This document shows, one piece after another, positions 28,471 to 29,506 of a stretch of 29,506 nucleotides of DNA. The notes below the pieces were generated by a model. That model saw only the letters and a list, made by a program, of their open reading frames with translations. It searched no databases and was not told the origin of the DNA. The first letter of the stretch is position 1, and every line of letters begins with the position of its first letter. Source of the stretch: Tolypothrix carrinoi HA7290-LM1 (GTDB lineage Bacteria > Cyanobacteriota > Cyanobacteriia > Cyanobacteriales > Nostocaceae); NCBI GenBank assembly GCA_019358935.1, contig JAHHIK010000098.1, positions 1 to 29,506 on the forward strand, in the 5' to 3' direction. The translations under genes were made by a program, and so were the position numbers.

Positions 28471-28506
28471 AAGCCGTCCCCGCCTTGCGGTAGGGACGGC
28501 TTTTTG
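28471..28506 (+). terminator. Intrinsic terminator after xre
   Basis: AAGCCGTCCC..GGGACGGCTTTTTT. Confidence 0.8.
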
Positions 28507-28569
28507 ATGGGTGCGATCGCAGTGAAGTGCGATCGCGTCCAATGACTAATGCCCATTTAACCAAAACCT

Positions 28570-28821
28570 ATGAAACGAAACAGAAGAAGCGCACTTACAG
28601 AAGCTGCCCGGTCAAGCCCACTTTTCCAAGCAACAGAAACAGCGGGAGTCGAACTAACTAAACTTATCGACTTTATCGAATATCACAACCCGGACATAGA
28701 CAGAGCCACCGCCACGTTGACGGCTGCATTTGCCTTGCATGAGCTACGCGCTGCTTTCTTAGAGGAACCAGAGATGATGCAGCAGTTAAGGGCGATCGCA
28801 CTCTGGTTTTCTCAAAGATAA
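28570..28821 (+). CDS. Hypothetical protein
   Basis: 83-aa ATG ORF between two terminator-like hairpins. Confidence 0.65.
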   Translation: MKRNRRSALTEAARSSPLFQATETAGVELTKLIDFIEYHNPDIDRATATLTAAFALHELRAAFLEEPEMMQQLRAIALWFSQR

Positions 28822-29012
28822 AAAATTAAAAAGCCCCCCAGAACTTTAGCAAAGACGGGCGGCTTTTATTAAGTTGATTGAACTATAGGTACTTACGTAT
28901 CTGCTTAATCCGCTCACAAACCGCTTTCAATCACGCTCTTAATCGCTTTTATAAGAAGAATGCAAACTTCTGCAATCACGCACTTACTTTGTACAATCAT
29001 GCACTTACAATT

Positions 29013-29506
29013 ATGCCACAAAATCAATTAGTTTCTTTCCCCAATCGTGAAAATAAAGTTTCAGTAAAGTACAACAAACCTCATTGCATTATCCCCATAT
29101 CAGACATTACATGGATAACGCAACAAGTAAAAGCAGTTCAGACATTGTGGAATGAATGTTGGGTATCAGACCCATTTGGCAGTCGATGGGAGAAGCTATC
29201 AACCAACCTCACAGAAACAGCATTTAGGTTAGCTAGAAAGATTTTATACGCAGCTGGGCTATTTGAATTTAAGCGCGATACCTGCATACATGACAGTCGA
29301 AAAACAGCGGGCTGGTTGGTAATTAATCTTCATGGCGCTAGAAGAATTAAAGACTTTTGGTGCAGCGAAGAAACTGAAACGACATCCGACATAAACACGG
29401 CGACATCCGACATAAACACGGCGACATCCGACATAAACACGGCGATATCCGACACAAAATCAACGGTGGAAATTGTTGAAACCCCTGAATTTTCAAGCGT
29501 TTCAGA
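29013..29506 (+). CDS. Partial ORF (runs off the window), putative winged-helix replication initiator-like protein
   Basis: Open from ATG 29013 to the end: MPQNQLVSF..SDPFGSRW..AFRLARKILYAAGLFEF.. followed by (TSDINTA)n. Function is inferred from architecture only. Confidence 0.55.
   Translation, partial: MPQNQLVSFPNRENKVSVKYNKPHCIIPISDITWITQQVKAVQTLWNECWVSDPFGSRWEKLSTNLTETAFRLARKILYAAGLFEFKRDTCIHDSRKTAGWLVINLHGARRIKDFWCSEETETTSDINTATSDINTATSDINTAISDTKSTVEIVETPEFSSVS
29380..29460 (+). repeat. 21-nt tandem repeats, iteron-like
   Basis: CGACATCCGACATAAACACGG x3 perfect plus one degenerate copy. Confidence 0.9.

Larger units (their letters stand above)
22710..29506. mobile_element. Integrated phage/plasmid/satellite-like element (runs beyond the window; left boundary approximate)
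   Basis: Divergent XRE switch, long translationally coupled operon of small ORFs, P-loop ATPase, IS110-family recombinase, Rep-like ORF with iteron-like repeats. Confidence 0.75.

Noticed and set aside
29380..29460. CRISPR array
   Set aside because: Head-to-tail repeats without spacers, in frame within an ORF.

Overview
Chromosomal window from a filamentous cyanobacterium (Nostocales-like: dense HIP1 GCGATCGC sites, STRR and small dispersed repeats). About 1-17.4 kb is mostly housekeeping and transport: a CPA2-USP antiporter cut at its 5' end by what looks like an IS607/TnpB right end, an IS982 scrap fused to a truncated mscS, DUF389, a CPA1 antiporter, a CPT-like kinase, wecB, glgA, hemC, a YegS lipid kinase, a PAS histidine kinase, Uma2 and a metallophosphoesterase. 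17.5-22.7 kb is a decaying type I-B (I-MYXAN) CRISPR-Cas locus: broken WYL regulator, intact cas6 and cas7, a cas3-HD/cas8 deletion join, an amber codon in cas8/cas11, an in-frame cas5-Uma2 fusion at a HIP1 site and one degenerate repeat. From about 22.7 kb to the window end is an integrated phage/plasmid-like element with an XRE switch, a coupled operon of small genes, a P-loop ATPase and a Rep-like gene with internal 21-nt repeats. Its most striking part is on the minus strand. A canonical hammerhead ribozyme starts right after an operon stop codon (24401-24353). It is followed by a ~200-nt structured RNA with a symmetric 12x12-nt bridge-RNA-like internal loop, and then an operon-embedded IS110-family (DEDD/Ser) recombinase gene that is frameshifted here. 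This is a candidate ribozyme-matured, RNA-guided recombinase module. All protein calls come from motif recognition by eye; no searches were run.
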